The notes: generated from the letters alone by a model not told the origin. A stretch of DNA of 64,000 nucleotides from Marsupella aquatica (GCA_973895155.1 OZ316896.1:10117525-10181524); one strand, 5' to 3'. Counted from the stretch's first letter, positions 24,213 through 38,169 are shown. A program made the numbers and translations.

Positions 24213-24466
24213 CCGGTATGTACCGGCTACGGTCTAATTCTAGTTAACCCTCATGGAGAAGGGGGGAACATAGGTTTTCTGTCTAGAATTTCCCAAGGAG
24301 ATATATATGGGTAACAAGAGCTAGTATTAGGTAGGTAGTTTATTTCTAAGTATGTCTGCTCTATCTGACACTTTGTCAGCTACGGTTTAGTTCTAGTTAG
24401 CTCTCAGGTATAGAGGGAAAACTCATTGGTTTTACCTTCTAGAACTTCCTGAGGAGATTCATACGG
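24213..24466 (+). other. Two tandem copies of the same putative structured RNA element in the 3' UTR of element 2
   Basis: Copy A ~24213-24310 and copy B ~24365-24466. Invariant CTACGG; compensatory stems AATTCTAG/CTAGAATT and AGTTCTAG/CTAGAACT. Confidence 0.65.
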
Positions 24467-25729
24467 ATAATTAGAAGTAACACTACCAGGTAGTTAGCTG
24501 AGAACTAGAGTCAAGGGGGAGTTTGTTAGGTTATGCCTCTAGTATAACCTATATACTTCCATAGTACTAGCTAGACTTCACTATACTAGGATAGCACAGT
24601 TAGTTTGAGTTCCAGGTTCCCATAGACCATGGGAGGGGGTATACCCAAGGGTAACACAAACTTGTGCTCACATTTGAAGGTTCACTCTTTAGAAGACAGA
24701 GTGAGGGATCGAGTGAGAGGAGGAGCTCTAGCACGTTGGTTATGACGGATGTAATAGGTGTGTATTACTGGATTTCTCTCACGGCCGTGGACGTAGCCCA
24801 AATGGGGTGAACCACGTACTATCATTGTCGGAGTCTATGGATGTTGTTCACATGCGTTGACGCTGTCTCGTTCGGTATAGATCATATCCCAACATAGGTC
24901 TGCCATAGGCCTACTTTTCCTAGTTCCCCTTCATCTATGCCTAAGTGCCTTTGAATCTCATTTTTTTAATCTAATTTAGTGCATCCACGTCCAGTTTCCT
25001 ATTATCCAAGCACTAGCCTGTTGCTTGTCCTCTGGACCTCAATAATTGGTGAGAACAAAAATAATTTACTTTTATTGCCTACCCCCATCCAATAGGAAGT
25101 TTCTGCCTCAGCCTGGCAAGAGTCACAATCTTACCTGCGCATCTGCCCTGTGCCTATTTCTTACTTTTCCCTTGATCAATGCCTAATTTCCTTTGAATTG
25201 GTGACTACTTTTAAACATTACTAATTAGAGGATCCTCAAAGTCTTAGCAATTATGAAGCAGCTTCCCACCAGTCTCCAAATCTACTCTTAAACCACCACT
25301 GGCCATATAAAAGGAGGAGTGTCCAAAACTTCTCACTTTTTCTCATTCCTCACCTCTAGGGTGAGACTTTGCTCCACAATTTTTGGAAAAAGTACTTAGT
25401 ATGGTGAGAATTGTGTAACCACATTATTGTCTTGGCTATTGACCATTTAAGCCATATGCATCATTTTTTTAGGTAACACTTTTTATATTCGGACTATGCT
25501 TGTGAGTGGCTATTGTGTGACAAGTCTGGATTTGAGGAGCTGTCCCTGTTCATAAGAGCATTTGCAGCAGTCCGCCATACAAGGCCGTGGGCAATGAATA
25601 TGGAGGGTTCCGCTCAGGAATCCCTTTTTTGACTCCCCACCAGAACTCAGTAGGGTTACGCTCGTGCCCTAGCTAAATTGGCTTGCTCTAAGCCATTCCC
25701 ACCCTCTATCCCAATATTCTCATCAGCAA

Positions 25730-26276
25730 CAGAAGTCACAAATGGAACATATGGGTAAGAAGTCACAAAAGGAACATATAGGTGGGAATGCTCTAAGCAT
25801 GGGTATTAATTAGGCGTAAGAATTCACAAATGGAACATATGGGTGGGAATGCTCTTAGCATGGGTATTAATTAGGCATATGGGTAAGAAGTCACAAATGG
25901 AACATATATTAAGAACGAAAGGCAAGATCGAGGCTAATCAATGTGACTAGCATTGATTAGCCCCGTACATTAGTGCCTACTGCCCAGTATTTTTGATGTT
26001 AGTATGTGGTTAAATACCTAGAGCGAAGGACACCAACTGCCCCAAGACTGGATGATAGAGCAGCTCCTAGGGGATGCAACAGGTCACCCAAAAGTGAAGA
26101 TCATTCACACTCTAATCACATTTAGAAAAAATGTGACTTTGAGAAAAAATTCAGGCAGCAAGTGCGAGAAGCGGCCAGCGAAAAGGTACAGGAGGCTTAT
26201 TATGAGCCTCGATCTTATCTTTCGTCATGAATGAACATATATCCGGGAATGCTCTAAGCACTGGTATTAATTAGGA
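25730..26276. repeat. Short tandem repeat interrupted by the MITE
   Basis: AAGTCACAAATGGAACATAT.. and GGGAATGCTCTAAGCA..GGTATTAATTAGG units on both sides of the insertion. Confidence 0.75.
25908..26232 (+). mobile_element. MITE with ~28-bp imperfect TIRs and 8-9-bp TSD
   Basis: ATTAAGAACGAAAGGCAAGATCGAGGCT ... AGCCTCGATCTTATCTTTCGTCATGAAT; GAACATAT(A) on both sides; homologous to 8296-8678. Confidence 0.72.
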
Positions 26277-27335
26277 TTGGCATGTAATGACTACTTTTTT
26301 TGTCAACGTTACTACTTCATTAGTGACGATGATTATGCTCTACTAATTAATTAGAAAGGTGGCCTCAAAGTGTCTGCAATCATGAAGAAAGCTTTCCACC
26401 AAAGAAATCTTCCTCTCCTCTTCTCTTTTCTCCCTTCTTCACTTCTGTGCATCGCATTGATTTCCTGTTCCACAGGTGGGAGAGATCAGAGATGGAGCTA
26501 CTGCATGGGCCCCGCCATAGCCCTCTCGCTCTCTCTCCCCTTCGCTCTAATTTGCACAGCAATGAGTTCTCCGTCGTGTTTGGAGAACAGGAGCGACCCT
26601 TCTTCTACTTCTTCGTCCACCTTCCCTCGCCTCCTCGTCCTCCTCCTCAGGCTGTGGATGCTCTCTCCAGCAATTGATATGGCGAACTTCCTTAGAAATC
26701 TCCTCGAAGCTTCATCCTCTTGTTTCGTCTGCTCTGCTCTTCGCTGATGTGCGCTGATCTGACCTCGTCTGATGATGTGATGTGATGTGATCGGATCTGA
26801 TGTGATGTAATCGGTGCGATGCGATGCGATCTGACCGGTCCTGTCGAGTGAGATCGGCGAGTTTCTGGCTCAGGCCTTGAATCTCGAGGAACGGCGGGTT
26901 GCTCTATGGATGAGTGAGTAGTTTCCTCGGCCGGCGGGCGGGCCACTTAGTTGATTGTAGCAGAATGTGGAAATCCTTCTCGTTGCGGAATTCTCGGCGG
27001 TGGCGTGATGTTTGAGGTGAGAAAAGGGCACATGAGGTTTCGCAGCGGAACAGTTCGCCTGTTTAGAGTATGAATTGTCAACAACTCGATTGATTGATCG
27101 ATTGATTGATCGATTGATTGATTGAGATGATGATGATGATGATGTTGTTGGTGGTGGTGCAGATATGTGGTTTGCATGGGGGTGGGCGAGGAGATGGATG
27201 AGGAGGAACGAAAGTGATCCGCCAGTCACGTTAATAGGACTATTGATTTGATTGGGGATCACGAAGAGGAGGGGGTTCGTGCCGAACTATATGGTGCGGT
27301 TGGGTGTAGCCAATTTGCTCATTGGAGTCGCCTAA

Positions 27336-30300
27336 ATGGCGGGTAATTCAAGTAAGTGATTAGGGTTATTCCTGAGGATGAATTTGATTTTTTTCTTAAA
27401 CTTTTCTTTCCAGATTCGAGGATCTCGAATTTTAAAAATAATTGGACAATCATGAAAACTTGAGCGACGAGTTTTTTCGGGTAGATCACCTTATTGCCCC
27501 GGTGTTTCTGTCCAGCTATCTTTAGTGATTCTGTGACGATGACGCCTGCTCCCTTTTGAGTGAATTTGCGTGAAGCTATCATCCTTCTCGGAGACAAATG
27601 TTGTTGTAGTAAGATTACTATCATCAAAATTAGATATTCTGGTCATCAACATGGCAAAGGCAGCAGTTTCCTGTCGTGAATCGTGACGATTGGTTCTTTA
27701 TAGGCTCTAATTTTCGCAATTTAGACAGAATTCTTTCAGACTTGTGTGATAATTTTGCAGTGAGAACCAAATTTTCCATAAAGACTTCCTGCGTGGTTTG
27801 AGGCTAAGAAGCTGAATTACTTCCTGATGTCAAAACCCATGTATTATGCAGGAGTCCAAAACGAGACGTCAGTCGTTGTCGTAGAATTGGACTCAGGTGA
27901 TTATGTGATCATCGTTAGTCTTTCAACACGGAACGACACGCAAGTTATTAGTGTGGATCCGACCACAGGAGCTCTCTGTTTCAGTGGGCGGAAGAATACA
28001 GATGTATTCTCATCGGAAGCAGATGCAGGGCGCTTCATCAATTCGCGAAACCTCCTTGTAAAAAGTACTGTCCGGGGCAAAGCGTTATTAGGATATGCCG
28101 CCCTTGGAGGAATGGGTATGCTACTGCTTGCGACAAAGACTAAGGCGACAGTACCAGAGTTGCCCGGCGGTGATTGTGTGTACACTGTGGTCGAGAGTCA
28201 ATGGGTAAAAATCCCTCTGAGAAGCCCTTTCCAGTCCAAAGTTGAAGCAAAGAATGCAGCGGAGTTGACTGATATTGCCATTGATGGTCTGCATTTCTAT
28301 TGCGAGTCACGGGATATAACAAGGCACTTTCCAAGCAATGAGGCAGTTGAAAAACCCGACAAGGAGTTCGTGTGGAACCTCTGGTTGTCGGCCCCTTTTA
28401 AAGCACTGGGTCTACCTCGTCATTGTGCAGTTCTCTTACAGGTCTTCTATAATACCTTCATTTCTGTCTTATCATCATGAGTGAGCTTGACCCATCTCCT
28501 CCTATTTGTAAATAGGTTCTAGATAATGATGATAACAATAATGTGCAGTTATTGTGGCAGTTCGTTCAGCTAGGGTTATTGTTGCGGCATACGGAAAGTA
28601 GTTTTTCATTTTAGATTGCCATCTGAAAGAACTACAACAATTCAATTGGCCTGGTCTGAACACGGTGATCTTGGAATTCCTGCGTAGATCTGAATGTAAT
28701 CACGAAGAACAAGTTCCTTTTTTTCAGTTTTACATTGCTATGACCTAACCTCATTGAAAATAACTTTGTCATCAATTTACTGTTGGTTCAATCTATGACG
28801 GTTGATTTTGGGGCCCCTTTTGGTTCTAAGCAAATGATTCAATTCTGTGCCGGCGCAGGGTTTTGCAGAATATCGAACTTTTCCAGATTCTAGAGATAAC
28901 CTTGTGACAGTTGTCGTCATTGCTCGAAGAAGTAGGCTACATGCAGGAACTAGATACCTGGCACGTGGGTTGAACCCCACTTTCAGCACAGGTGAGTGCA
29001 GCAAGATTAGCTTTCTGCTCTAAGCGTGCGATCCTGTTTCGTTGGTTCTTGTGTCTAATTGTGTAGCTTCAGGGTGTCCATCTTCACACTTCAAAAATTT
29101 ATTCTGTTTTCCAAGTAAATGGCCGCAATAATCGGAAAGGAGTCACTCCTAAACAATGGAAGCCGTACTTTTTTAGTGCTCAAAATTCCATTTTTGTTGT
29201 TGATTTTTCAGGAAATGAAGTTGAATGTGAACAACTTGTTTGGCCTTCAAAGGTCCCGCCCAATCGTCCCGTTCCTTTCAGTACTTACCTATGGCGTCGG
29301 GGCACTGTTCCGATATGGTGGGGTGCTGAAATCAAGTCTACAGTTGCAGAGGCAGAAATTTATGTTGCGGAAAAAGACCCCTATGTAGGATCATCAAAGT
29401 ACTTCAATAGACTTGTGAATAGGTATAATAAGTCCAGCGTTATTGCTGATGGAAAGGCATCAGATGAGAAAACTAATCCATTGATTGTCTGTATTAACCT
29501 TCTCCGAAATGGTATAGGCAAACCTGAGCTAGTCTTGGCTGAGCATTTTCAATCGGCTATAAATCATGTAAAGACTAGAAACGAGGTACCTGATGCAAAG
29601 CTTGTTCTTATCAACTATGACTGGCACGAGAAGACAAAGCTTATAGGGGAGCCCATGACAGTCACTGGTCTATGGGAGCGCCTAAGGGATCCCACAATTG
29701 CAATTGGTTTTGCTATGGGCGAGTATTATCCTGATGTTGGCCAAGTCCCTGAAAGAGGTATGATCCCCAATAAAGGGTGTCAAGGTGGATTCGTCAAAAT
29801 GTCTTCTCAGCAAGATGGAGTAATTCGTTTCAATTGTGCTGACTCGCTTGATCGCACCAATGCAGCCAGTTTCTTTGGTGCTGTTCAAGTGCTTATAGAA
29901 CAATGCAGGAGGCTTGGCCTGCCTCTAGACTCGAGTAATTCTTTTGTTCCAACAACTGCACCTAGTTCACGAGTAGGAGACCGAGATAGAGATTCTTCTC
30001 GAGGCAGCGTTGGACCTCTTCCCCCGGGATGGGAAATGAGAAGTGATGCGGTCACGGGGCAAGTATTTTATATTGACCATAATACACGGACGACTACTTG
30101 GAATCATCCATCCCCGGATGAGCCATGGAGGCGCTTTGACATGACAGTGGAAGAATTCCGCGATGCAACCATACCATCTCCGATAGCAGCAGCAGCTGAC
30201 CTCTTTCTCATTGCTGGGGACATTCATGCAATGCTTTACACTGGATCAAAGGCAATGCATAGTCATATAATCCAAATTTTCAGTGACGAAGTGGGCAAAG

Positions 30301-33300
30301 GGAAACGAAGTGCCGCTCAGAATATGGCAATAACATTGCAAAGGAGGTTCCTTAACGTAGTTATGGATAGTACCCGACAAAAGCAGTTGGAAATGCTTCT
30401 GGGATATCGAATCTACAAGTATTTTCCCACATTGCCAGGCAGGCCATTGCAGGTGCAGAATGCCTGCTTCGCACCACCCTGAATCTTGGCTCTCGTATTG
30501 TTCTTACTTGCACTCGGGAACTGTGCACTCGGGAACGTTGTACTTAAATATCTTCATGCTGTTGCACACTTTCTTAAGTTTAATACTATTGATAAATTCT
30601 TGAGTTTCCCTTTCACGTTATTGATTTGCAGGTCCTGACTAGGCCTCAGGCATGCCTCTTGAAACCAGTACCAACTATGTTTCCTCTCAACCATGTGAGC
30701 AGTCACAACTTTCTTCTCAGCAACAAATTGAAAGAAACCATCTGGGTAAGGCTCTGAATGATGATTAAGAGGTTTTTCCCCAATTCAAAACGTCTTGATC
30801 TTCCATGCTTTCATTCATTGAATTAACAGATCTTCGAACACACGAAGCTCCATAAGAACTAGAACGCGGACCTTGTACATAAGTCTAGGGATACATAGGA
30901 CCAGAGGTACATCCATATGATGAGAACAGCACTCACGCGCACGGTTGTCGCTAGTACTGGTGAGGAAATGTAGTAGAAGTTATTGTTGTAAATGGTTTTC
31001 ATTTAGGTCGATGATGAATTTATGTGTCTATGTTGAATTACATGATAGATTGTCTCCTTTCTATTCCTTATCTTTGTCCTAAATTCGTGTGCATGTTGAT
31101 CACTGTTGTAGGTGTGCCCCACGTCAACCGAGTCAGTTGAGCTCTTACTCTTTTTGACCGAGCCTTGCCACGTATGTCAACTTCTCCTCACAATTGCCCA
31201 TGGAGCCGACGACATCTCATCACCTGGTTCCTTTGAAATTCGGACTGGACGTACCCTTGGTGAACTAAAACTTGTATTGGAGGTTGGTTACTATTGCATG
31301 ACTTTGAATGATAGTATGCGCGTCCATTGAAAAGTAATGTTTTTCCCCTTTCGCCAGTACCGTCTTCGTTCACAAAGGTTTGTTTGTCGTTCCCTTTACT
31401 AGCCCTTTACACTAACTGGTTGTCGTGTACACCCATTTGGAAATTTTGTCTTGCCTCTTGGATGAGTTCATCAGTAAACCTGCATTCATGGATTTCTACA
31501 TTGCCTGTTTCAAACAGCGGACCACGATTCCTCGGTGTGCAAGCGGAACCTCATTGGTGTATTCACTCTCTGGTCCAATTGATCCCAGTGAGGTAGCCAT
31601 TACCGGGGCTGGAGCCGGAAGGTCAGAAGAACAAGCTTTTCCATGGCTTTATGAGTATGAAGAGCAGGAAGGTTCGATTGACTTTTTGAGCCGATTGGTG
31701 TCAATAACATTTTATCCAGCTGCCTCTGGACTTTCCATGACTCTTGGTCAGGTATGGCTTGAATAAATCTCAGCCTGAAAGTTTAGTGGATGGGTTAGGA
31801 CTTGCCATCGAGCCCGTCAAGCCAAAGTATGGCTAACATGTCATTTGACTGACAAATTGAACGCTTCATCGTTTCTCCTTACAGTGTTCATTGACTGTGC
31901 AGGTGGAGATTTTGGGAGCCTCACTTGTCTGGACAGCTCTTGGCAGAACATCTGGAATGTGTAAACATAAGAAAGCCTTTGGACCAAAACGGGACTCTTT
32001 TGCTTCGTTCTTACAACAGAAGAAGAATGTAGCACCTCTTGACCTTTTGTCATTAGAAGATGCTGGGGATGCAAGTCCTCTACAATCCAACCCTAGCGAT
32101 TCTAACCAGGTATTCGATTTATTAACAGGAGAAATTGTTGTGAACAGTAGTAATAATCTTAATAAAAGCGTTAGCTCCAATGGCAAAAACCTCCATAATT
32201 CAAACCAGGACCGAACTGTAACAAATACAACAAATTGGAGTTCGAACAATCCGTTTCTAAACGATTTAACGTCCTCTGGTTATTCTGCGGCACCACTAAA
32301 AACCTCAAGGTTTCCTGAAAGCCAAAAGTCAGTTTCGCAGGAGAATCCTGGCGTGAAAGTTTACCTTGAGCTTATCAAGACTCTGTACGGGACGACCCCT
32401 GTAAGTGACCCGAATTCCAACGTGGCTTCGCCTTCGTTCAATATTCGTTTCTCATCTTGTACCATGCTAAATTTATTAGTTTTGAAGGCGCCAACATCTA
32501 CGATCAAACTGTCTTCCTCACTAGTCTCCACTCTCTTTTGCGGATTTGTACAGGCAATGTCTCCAAACTTTCAAGAAGCCGCAGAGTTGGAGATTGCACG
32601 ACTTCAATTGGGGATATCGGCAGCAGAAAGAGATCGAGCTTTGCTGTCTGTGGGTCGAGATCCCGCAACACTCGATCCAAATCGACTGATTGATCCAGCG
32701 ATTCTAGTGCAGGTGTGTCAGTTGTAGTCTATACTCCCCTCTTTTTCTTGGTGATAGATGGCAACTAATGCGCAACGTTTTCACAAGAACATCTTTGGGA
32801 TGGTTTTCGACCCTGCTGCTTCAGTGCCGCAAAAGGACCAAAACTCTGCACTAGAGTGAGAATTTGAATGGAGTGGCTGGTATTGAACGAAGACCTATGA
32901 ATTGCCTGTAGCTTGTTGTCCATTGTTGGGAATGTGCGCTCAAATCGTTGCGACGGGCCTCCCATCTACGGTCATCAAAAAGCTCTAGTATGGTGAATAT
33001 CACTTAGAACTATGCAGCCATCCTTTGTGGAGATCAAAATGAGTTCAATATTGTTTACAGAAACAAGTACTCGCGAAAGACAGAACAACCCCACCGTTAA
33101 TTTCCAACCGATGCCGCAATCATTTTATAATTAGAAAAGACAATGTTGATGTCTTTTATTGCTGTAGGATAGCTTCTTAAATCCAAGGACTAGTCTTACT
33201 GTGATTGGTTGTCCGTTTCTCAGTCTTTTGCTACAAATGGTTCATGGCATTCGGTTTTCAGCTGCATGAAGCTTAAGACCTGGTGCTAAATTCTAGAGTG

Positions 33301-36300
33301 AATTAATGTTCTGATGATATATACTTTGGCTGTAACCAATTCACAGATGCGACAGGCAGCATTACAGCTGGCAGCTGTCTGTGAGATGGATGCTGAAGAC
33401 AAGGATCTTGCTCGAGTCGGTTTTGATGGACAAGTTGATCCTCAACTTGGAGAAGATGAGGATTTTCATTGTCTCCGTACAGGCTGTCTATCAGCGGAAT
33501 GTCAGGTTACCTATGTGAAGGACCCAAAAGGGATGTTTCAATTTTTCCGGGCTAATTGCAAGAGCAACATGAAAAAAACTTGTGTAGGGTGTAGCCGAGT
33601 AGTTTGTGCAGGCTGTCAAGCTGGGAGAGGCAGTGCTCTTTTGTCTCAAACTGGCCCAAATCTGGTGAGTGTCGGAGCATATTCGGCGCCCAAACCTGCG
33701 CGAGGTCCCTCGGCTGTTGATGCAATTCTGTGCAAGAGTTGCTGCCCACCAGTGGTGAGAGACACAATTCTTTTGGAACGTGTGCGAGCAAAATCATCTG
33801 AGAGAAGACAGGTACGTGTTCAGGATGCCTGTGACGAAGCAATTCAAGGTCTTGTCGGACGTCAACTTGGTGGACCTGCGAGCTCATCTCTTTCTTCGGA
33901 CAATCAAAACAAGAAGAATACCAGTAATCGAGTGTCAACAGCTTCAGATGAAGGGGAGTCATCAGTGGCAGACTTCCCTTATGCAGGAGTTATATCATCA
34001 GTAAGTTCAGATAACGATCATGACAGTTTTTCTGTTTCGTTCTGGCGCTTTCCAGATGCTGTAGTTGCTCAAGTACTAGACAACCTCCGCAACAAAAGCT
34101 TAATTTTAATTCGCAGTTCTCAGTTTGATCCAGCTGATGAGAACGTTTGAAATGTGGCTTAAAAATCAGCATCTGTCTTGGAGGACCCTTTAGAGCCCAC
34201 ATCTTCGTCAGCCATTCTTAGACTGTTTTCTCTTAAGTAGAGCAAGTCTTCTCTGGGGTTAATTACTTGAGTTCGGTTAGAAGTTACATAGTGCGGATTC
34301 GGTTTGGTTTGGACTTCTGCCGTGGTTTTTTGTAGGGCCTATCGAGAAACGACTGAGATAACATTAATGTCTTTTCATACACACGCTCCTATATTGACAT
34401 GGTAGGAATTGAGTCTATATACTCCTGTATTGAGGTGGTAGGAATTGAGTCTTTGGTTGTTCCATTGCAGGTCGCAACTGGCAAAAAATCAGAACCGTTG
34501 CATTCACTTTTGGTCACTCAAAGTGACCCATCTAGTGTATCTTGGAGTGCACCAGTTGGTGTGGAGACTGTCGAGCTTTGCATAGTGCTGAGTTTTCTGT
34601 CTGTGGTTTCAAGTATCACGTTTTTCCCAGGGACGGAGGGGTATACAGATGATGATGCTCCAGTGGTGAGCCTCACTTCCGTGCCGCGAGCCCATCAAGG
34701 AATATCAGCATGTTAATGTTTATTTGTCGAAAGATATTCAAAGCAGGTTTTGTGCTTTTAAGAATTTCAGAATCTAGCCGGAGTCACTGGACGATGAAAA
34801 TCTCCATCGTGTTGCCATTAAGTTTGGATTCTATGCGTTGTTGAGCTAGTTTGTAGTGGGCAAGTTTGTATCTGAAGTCCTGTAGAAAAATGCATGGGGT
34901 TTACATTATGAAGGTCATCTCTAGCTGTTCTGACGGTTCACAATGTTCCTAACTGCAGGTAGATATATGGTACAGTAACTTGCTCACTGATGAAGATCGA
35001 AATTATGTTGGTCGTTTGGATATTAAGTCTGAGGTAGCCAATAGGGGTTCATCAGGAGGGTCTGCTCAGAATTTCCGCTACAAGCTTCGTGGTGCTGTGA
35101 GTAGTAGGATTATCTGGATCAAGTTAACGCTCCCATCTGGAAGAGCAAGTACCAGTGTGGAAGCTACACCAGTCATGGATCTACTAAGCTTCGATGATGA
35201 CCTATCTCCACGAGTTAAACCACCGCCAAGAGTGAGAAAATCTGGAGGCACAGCTTGCATCCATGTGCAAAGGATAATGATATTGGGTCAGCAGTTGCCC
35301 GAGGATACAGATTCACGGTTTTTGACTCAGAGTGTGGATAAAGTAGCTCACAAGAACCTCCTTGATGTTCCTCCAAAATTCAACCGGCTCAGGGTAAGTG
35401 TGAAAAGTTTTTCCTCCCTGCTAGTGCCGGCCATCTGTGTGGCGGTTTTGTGTAGCTGCTGTGGGTGTGTCAAAGGCCTCGGACATTGCCAAAAACTTCA
35501 TTTCTAGGTTCTGGTCTAGATGCATTACAAGCTCCGCGTCAGCCGGCCATGTATGGCAGTAGAGTGTTTCATCCCATCCATTATGAGTCTCTCGTTGTGT
35601 CTGGGTCTAAGTTCACATCATCACTCAAGCATGAGGAACTTTGGTTATGTAACTTGTACACTTGACGCAAGCTTTTCAAGCTGAGTCAATTGGAGTCACC
35701 AGGAGGTCAAATCAGTGGAATATATTTCCCGCATATTTATTGTCACATTGAGACCCTGCTTTTCTGTCCAGGTCCAAGTCGATGTGGAGCGGCCCCTCAT
35801 AGGAGGCAGGAGAGTAGAGCTAGTTGTTAATCAGCAGGCTCCCAATGTTGCTGGATTCCGGATCGACGCCTTCGCAGCAGTAAAAAATGTCGCCAAGTAC
35901 ACCTCAACAGAGTCTGATGGAGGCCTCCTGAGCCGTGTTCTTGGGGGTCCAATGGAAGAGCTTATCACCAACCTCCCAATCTTACGCATTCGAGTTGCCG
36001 CCATTCAAGTGAGATTCTCGTCTCCTTCCAGATATGTTAGACCATGGGTTTGGTGGCCCATGTTTTTACCTTGACTGGATCATAGTTTCCTAAGGTTGCC
36101 TTATTAGTTGTTACTCTATGTCACTGTATCTGGTAAAGTAATCTTGACTTTCTTTACCATACAGGAATCAAGGCAGGAGATACCCGTGGGAGAATATTTA
36201 GTACCCAGCGCGAAATCTGGAACTCCGTTTTACTTCGATTTTGGAGTCCCAATACTTGCGAGGTTACTGATTTTTGAGCTTCTGGGAAATATATCAGCTA

Positions 36301-36443
36301 TGAGTGACGAAGAGGCCAGCTTGGATGCCGAAGGAAAAGATGTTCCTTTGCCAAGTAGTCTCTCTTTGATGAGCAAAATCCGAATATACCGCTATGCCCT
36401 TGGTTATGAAGTTAGCAAGTGGCCACAACTTAGTGCTGTTTGA
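27336..36443 (+). CDS. SAC9: SAC9-type phosphoinositide phosphatase (SAC domain + WW domain + Cys-rich region). Exons: 27336-27351, 27852-28441, 28859-28991, 29212-30452, 30632-30745, 31112-31282, 31518-31751, 31903-32400, 32554-32712, 33347-34000, 34471-34665, 34959-35393, 35772-36008, 36165-36443
   Basis: Recognisable SAC9 segments: [60 protein letters not shown], catalytic [12 protein letters not shown] (CX5R), WW domain [31 protein letters not shown]. Exons are bounded by GT/AG and join in frame. The 16-nt first coding exon (ATGGCGGGTAATTCAA|gtaagt) is inferred from phase. Confidence 0.93.
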
Positions 36444-38169
36444 ACTATTTATTTGCCTCTCTCCGTCCGTTGTTATGAGCCTTTCTGGAAACCAATGCGC
36501 ATTTGCAATGGGTGCGACGTAGATACGCTTGTTCATTTCAACCATTTTCAATTTATCCATCATCCCCTACGGTGAGCATGGGAGGGTGCATTTCCCCCTG
36601 TGTGGACCAGCAATGTCCCGTACACTTCAGAAGTTCTTGGGCAGGAAGATGGTTTGACAGGGAGATGGTTTTAGACACGTTGTTACGTGCTCACTCGCCT
36701 ATACAAGGTGTAAAATGTGATTGGGCCCTTTCTCCAATAGCCGGTAACGTTGGCTGGAAGTTGACCTGTTCTGTGCAAGATGGAATTCCCCGGCCCCATC
36801 CAGTGGATGTTTACATACTCCCCAAGTGCACGGACAAGCAGGATGCGACATTTCCCGGATCTGAACTGAGGATCACCCCGTGTAGACTGCATCACATATA
36901 GAGCATTTCACATGGTCTGTGGATGGACTCTACCTCCCACGAACCATTCTTTCGGTCGTCAAAGAGAACTTACTAGAACAATCCGACGACTAACAGCCAG
37001 AATTTTTTGCTGCCAGGCCTTTAATTTGGTATCTCTGGCACGCCGAGATCAGCATGTGGAACAATCGACACAATAGCATAGGCAGAGAGAAGATTGCCCC
37101 ATGCCCCCAGTAGACGGGGAGGTTGTAAAGTAGTCTAAATTTCTTTGAAGCTGTGATCAATACATATTGTCTTCACGGCCTGCCGTGCATGTTTGGATTT
37201 CAGAAGTGCCCCAGATCTTGTAAAATATTGCACTGGGTTGTCGTCATGTTCGTTCTTACTACACTTGTGATTCGACACCGGATTTCAAAGTTCGCGTTAT
37301 TTGGATCCAAGGAGGGAAGTTTCAATGTGGTCTTGAAGTGCATTTCCTTAGATCCATCGAAAGCAACACGCTAGGCTTTCGTAACAGCTCAAATGTGTCT
37401 TTCTGCCAATGGATCTGAGTCCGTCCGGCTAAAAGATCCGGAGTTGCGGGGAGCGAGGGAGGATTCGAATCTACCAAACAGTGGAACTCAGCTTTTCCAG
37501 CGGTGTGCCAAAAATAAATCTGGACAAGAAACCGACGTGTATGCTGAAAATTCTAGGAACAAGGGAAGGACTAATAACTCGCACTTCATTCTTGAAGCAG
37601 TGGTATTATGCAATCATTACAATGTCTAGCAATAATCAGAGCCAACCGTATATACAAGTGGCAGTTGGAGGCCAACCAGCGTAGCAGCCTCTTCGCAACG
37701 ACGCCAATCGCAACCAATATAGTTGGCAGTCACCACAGAAACGACGCTGATGAGCGAGACGGACAATAACGAGATGAAGGTCCAGGAGACCACCATTTTG
37801 GGTCCGGCCTGCACAACGTGAGCTTCACTGGTCTGACGGACTGGCTGGTTCGGCTGGCTGGGTCCAACACGCCAACGACTAGAAGCTGAGCTTGACGACT
37901 GAATCTACTTCCAACGAATAGAGCTGAGCTTGACGACTGGATCGACGACGTACTACGTACTGTATGGCACCTACTGATGGAGGTCAACATAGACAAGTAC
38001 AGATACATCTCATAGTGAACGGTCCTCTACAGTGGTGCTCCTACTGATTCTACTCTACTCTGCTTCCCTTCTTGCTTGGTGCTGCTAGTCAGTGTCATAG
38101 TGGATGCGGGGCAGCACCTAGCTACTAGTACCGAAGAGGCAGCTGCGAATCAGTGGGATGGATTAAGAA

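Larger units (their letters stand above)
18664..24894 (+). mobile_element. Full-length but decayed Ty1/copia LTR retrotransposon (element 2; different family from element 1)
   Basis: LTRs 18664-19019 (356 bp) and 24524-24894 (371 bp) with several substitutions and indels. TSD TAGGT (18659-18663, 24895-24899), PBS TGGTATCAGAGC at 19022-19033, PPT AAGGGGGAG just before the 3' LTR. Confidence 0.97.

Noticed and set aside
26370-27262. Overlapping ORFs upstream of SAC9
   Set aside because: They arise from CT-, GAT- and GATT-rich low-complexity leader sequence.
34134-34180. Hammerhead-like core CTGATGA-GAACGTTT-GAAA in a SAC9 intron
   Set aside because: Stem I cannot form next to the putative AUC cleavage site and stem III is only 3-4 bp; probably chance.
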